From positions 6,851,337 to 6,915,336 of the forward strand of contig CM082586.2 of the NCBI GenBank assembly GCA_040954595.2: 64,000 nt of DNA, in the 5' to 3' direction. Of the stretch, positions 60,701 to 64,000 are shown in pieces (within the stretch, counting starts at the first letter, position 1; each line of letters opens with the position of its first letter). The notes beneath the pieces are model-generated. The model did no database searches. It was not told the origin of the DNA and saw nothing but the letters and a program-made list of their open reading frames with translations. The stretch comes from Balanoglossus misakiensis. Lineage: Eukaryota; Animalia; Hemichordata. The position numbers were made by a program, and so were the translations under genes.

Positions 60701-62007
60701 ATTTCCCGCCGCGTGTAGTGAACGACAGGCCATTCATATTGGCCGCATGACGGTCAATGGTTTCCTACGCACAGATTTTCCATTAAGAATATTTACACCA
60801 ATAATGCTGTTGCCCTATTGACTTATTTGACAACCCGGGTTCCAAGCCGTGCTTGGTACAATTAATCCAAATGTGTCCGATGGACGACATGCATGCCTCA
60901 GCGTGCCTCCACAGATACTTCACTCGGGGAACCGATTTTCAGAAAAAATGTTAGTCCTCCGAACCTTTCAGTTCTTTGCTATATTTAATCGTGGTGAGGA
61001 GTCTTCCTGAAAACAGAGAAGAAATTGAAACCAATTCACGCAAAAAGACCATTGCAGTCATCTAATTCACCGCCTTTTACGCGTTTTTCCCGAATACAGA
61101 AAAAATCGAGATATCACCAGATTGGTTTAGTTTGTGAGCTTTGACCAGTCATGTCTTCACTTGATGATAATGGGCGAAACAACATATGTAGTGATAAGTC
61201 AGTTGAGAGGTCGTACATCTTAAACTAGCATGCGTGAAGTTTTCAAGGTCAAGAGCGTGTCAGTGGTATAGTTTGTTCCACCATCACTCGACAGGTATAC
61301 ACTGTATATACCAAGTACATGTATACACAATAGTCAAAGTTTAATCTGTCAAAACTTGCTCTCGAGACTATGCATTTCCACCACCTGTTGAAAACTTAAC
61401 AGTGAAATAAGCTTACTCCCACTAAGCTTGTTAGTTCATAACCTCTAGACGTATGGTTTATGTACCGCGCCCCTTTATTCTTCACGATACACCATTCGAG
61501 TGGGAAAAAAATCACTGTGTGCCAAAAATGCTGGGTCAGGAGAAGAACAACGCCCACTTTTTGGATACATATACACATATGGTCTCTGTTACCCGAAGTC
61601 AATGTCCAAACCAAGGGCAACGTGCAAAGTACGCATAGGATGCACTAAACTAGACAAAGTCGCTTTCTTTTGACATTGTTCCGCTTAATGGAAAAATATT
61701 GAAGCGTCACTCACTACTACTTGACATTTTGATGACGACATAATTTATTGTGCATAATAAAGACACTATGACGTCATCGACTGTGCTCACTGCGATGATG
61801 ACCTCACTGACAGGCGAGCTTCGCTACTCAATGTTATAGTGGCTCTTTATCTGATGGCACTATACTCCATTACCCTACAGTATATTCTGCATCCATCTAT
61901 CCATCTATCCATGCAACTAACCAACCAAAATTACCAGTAACCACTATTGTTTTTTATCTATCTTAAAATGCAATCTTTTAACCAGTGAATAATCTGCGAA
62001 TATAAAG

Positions 62008-63894
62008 ATGGCGGAGGTGGAGACTGCGAGTACAGGTTCCCCTGGAAACGATGCGTCCAGTGAGGTTACGGAGAAGGCCGAGTCTGTCACCAATGAACAA
62101 AGCGTTAACGGTATTGCGAAGATGAACATCTATGATGATGACGACGCTCTACTAACATGTGGCTGGTTTGGTCTGCGTCCTGATTGGATGCAGCGACGCC
62201 GCAGTCCCGGGTGGCTGGCTTCGGCTATCAGTTCCCTCATGTTCGTCCAGGGTATCGTGGTGAACGGCTTCGTCTTCATCAATCTATCGACCGTGGAGAC
62301 GCGCTTCGGGCTCACCAGCACGTCCACCGGTCTCCTGGTCAGCGCCTACGACCTGACCGTCGTCGTTCTCATCATCTTCGTCTCGTACTTCGGCGCCACT
62401 CGGAACAAAGCCCGGATGCTGGGCATCGGCTCGTTCATCATCGGGTTCGGCTCCCTGCTGTGGGCGCTGCCTCACTTCACCACGGGCCTGTACGAGTACG
62501 ACGCCGCCTACGGGGACAGCGATACGCTGTGCCGCCCCGGGGAGAACATCACCGATGGGGTGGACTGTGAGGAAGAGTGGCAGTCGCTGGCGTATTATTG
62601 GTTCGTCTTTCTATTCGCGCAAATCTTACTGGGCATCGGAGCATCACCTGTCTACACAGTGGGATATGCCTACATGGACGAAAACGTGGGCCACAGAACT
62701 TCTTCCTGGTATACTGGTAAGTTGTACATTTATGTGATATTAGCTGTAACATTTAGGTAACTCTCAAATCCACCCATTCATCCAACCAGGATTCCCGCAA
62801 GCTGACCGGCTTGTCAGTCACTCAGTCAACAATACACAATATGTATTTGGGACAAGTCAGCAATCGTTGTTCCTATTAAACTTTCGTTCTGTCTTTCTCG
62901 CCCATTCTCTGTGTGTCCCACTCCAAGACTCCATCCCCACTCTGAAAATGTTTCTTTCCACTTGCATATACACACAGGCATCTTGTCAGCGTTTTCCATC
63001 CTTGGTCCGTGCACCGGATTTCTTCTTGGCGCCTTCTTCCTCGGCATCTACACCGACATACGGGTGGCCGACGAGTAAGTATATGATGTCACCATGCGAC
63101 TTGCACGACGGCAGATCGCCAAAGTTTTAGCCGAGGCGCGGTCTCTCCACGCGCGTTGGAGTGGCTGTGGCTAAGGCACTCAAATGGACCCGCGCTTCGA
63201 TATCTGCCACGCTCTTATGTGTCTTTAGTACTTTTAATTTTTACGAACATGGCGATGCTGATTGCAGAGGCGGCGGTAGTGACGACGGTGAAGACTTGAT
63301 AATTTTTCAGAACGATGATGGCGTTTAATTCAAATTTCTTGGTGACTCTTTTCTTTCAGAGTAACAATAACGCCAGAAGACCCATCCTGGGTGGGGGCGT
63401 GGTGGCTAGGATTTCTCCTGGGTTGGATATTGGCATGGATCGTAGCGCCTGTCATGGGAGCATTTCCACCAGCCTTACCAGGTCAGTCTAAACTTTGAAC
63501 CTTACGAATCTGAGTACAAAATGCTCTCTGTTCAACTTCTGGCACGGGGACTGTCATTGGTACCGCCTCAGAACATGATTCACGTGACTGGCTGACTTTA
63601 ATTCTATCCTCTGCAATGTCTTTAACGCAGGCCAAAAAGAAATCCAGAAAGAACGCCAATCCCAGGCTCACTTCAGCGAGAGTGCTGAATCGACGGTTAC
63701 AAGAGCCGGCTTCGGCGAAGGCTGGAGAGATCTCTGGCCAGCCACGAAGATATTGCTGAAAAATCCGCCGTTTGTCTTCATCTGCCTGACGAAAGCTATG
63801 TTGATGTTCATCATCGGCGGATTCACGCCGTTCATCCCAAAGTTTTTGGAGAACCAGTTCGGCCTGACGTCATCAGCCGCAGCACTACTGCTAG
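62008..63894 (+). CDS. SLCO4-like organic anion transporting polypeptide (gene F; first 4 coding exons, continues beyond window)
   Basis: Exons 62008-62716, 62978-63074 (97 nt), 63360-63481 (122 nt), 63631-63894 (264 nt), same sizes as genes D/E. TVETRFGLTS, DPSWVGAWWLGFL, IPKFLENQF. Confidence 0.92.
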
Positions 63895-64000
63895 GTGGGT
63901 AGACTTTGTATACTAATTTTACAAATTCTGACCAAATAATGAATTCAATACATATATTGCGAATCTCGCAGGCGCGTATGTTCACTGTATGCATACCAGA

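Overview
Intron-rich animal genomic DNA, probably an invertebrate deuterostome (inferred from gene content and repeat types; the species cannot be determined from the sequence). Hand-splicing at GT-AG junctions gives seven complete in-frame genes and one truncated gene. In order: a compact PRDM14 (+, 3955-6884, 433 aa, PR/SET plus 6 zinc fingers); Elongin A (-, 16009-9164, 596 aa); an SLCO5A1-like organic anion transporter (+, 17455-26685, 725 aa); and five SLCO4-like OATP paralogues (four complete on -, one on + running off the window end). Introns and UTRs carry several families of short non-autonomous DNA transposons and microsatellites. Main leads: (1) a local OATP expansion whose paralogues differ at known functional residues (TM3 His->Gln as in OATP1C1, TM11 Arg->Lys, charged residues in TM10), next to two perfect DR4 nuclear-receptor elements; (2) PRDM14-SLCO5A1 microsynteny with Elongin A in between; (3) a PRDM14 lacking the vertebrate N-terminal region; (4) patchy identity between two paralogues suggesting gene conversion; (5) inverted MITEs bracketing exons and a long foldback between convergent genes. 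Most short ORFs in the supplied track are artefacts. No prokaryotic systems, rRNA, tRNA or CRISPR arrays were seen.
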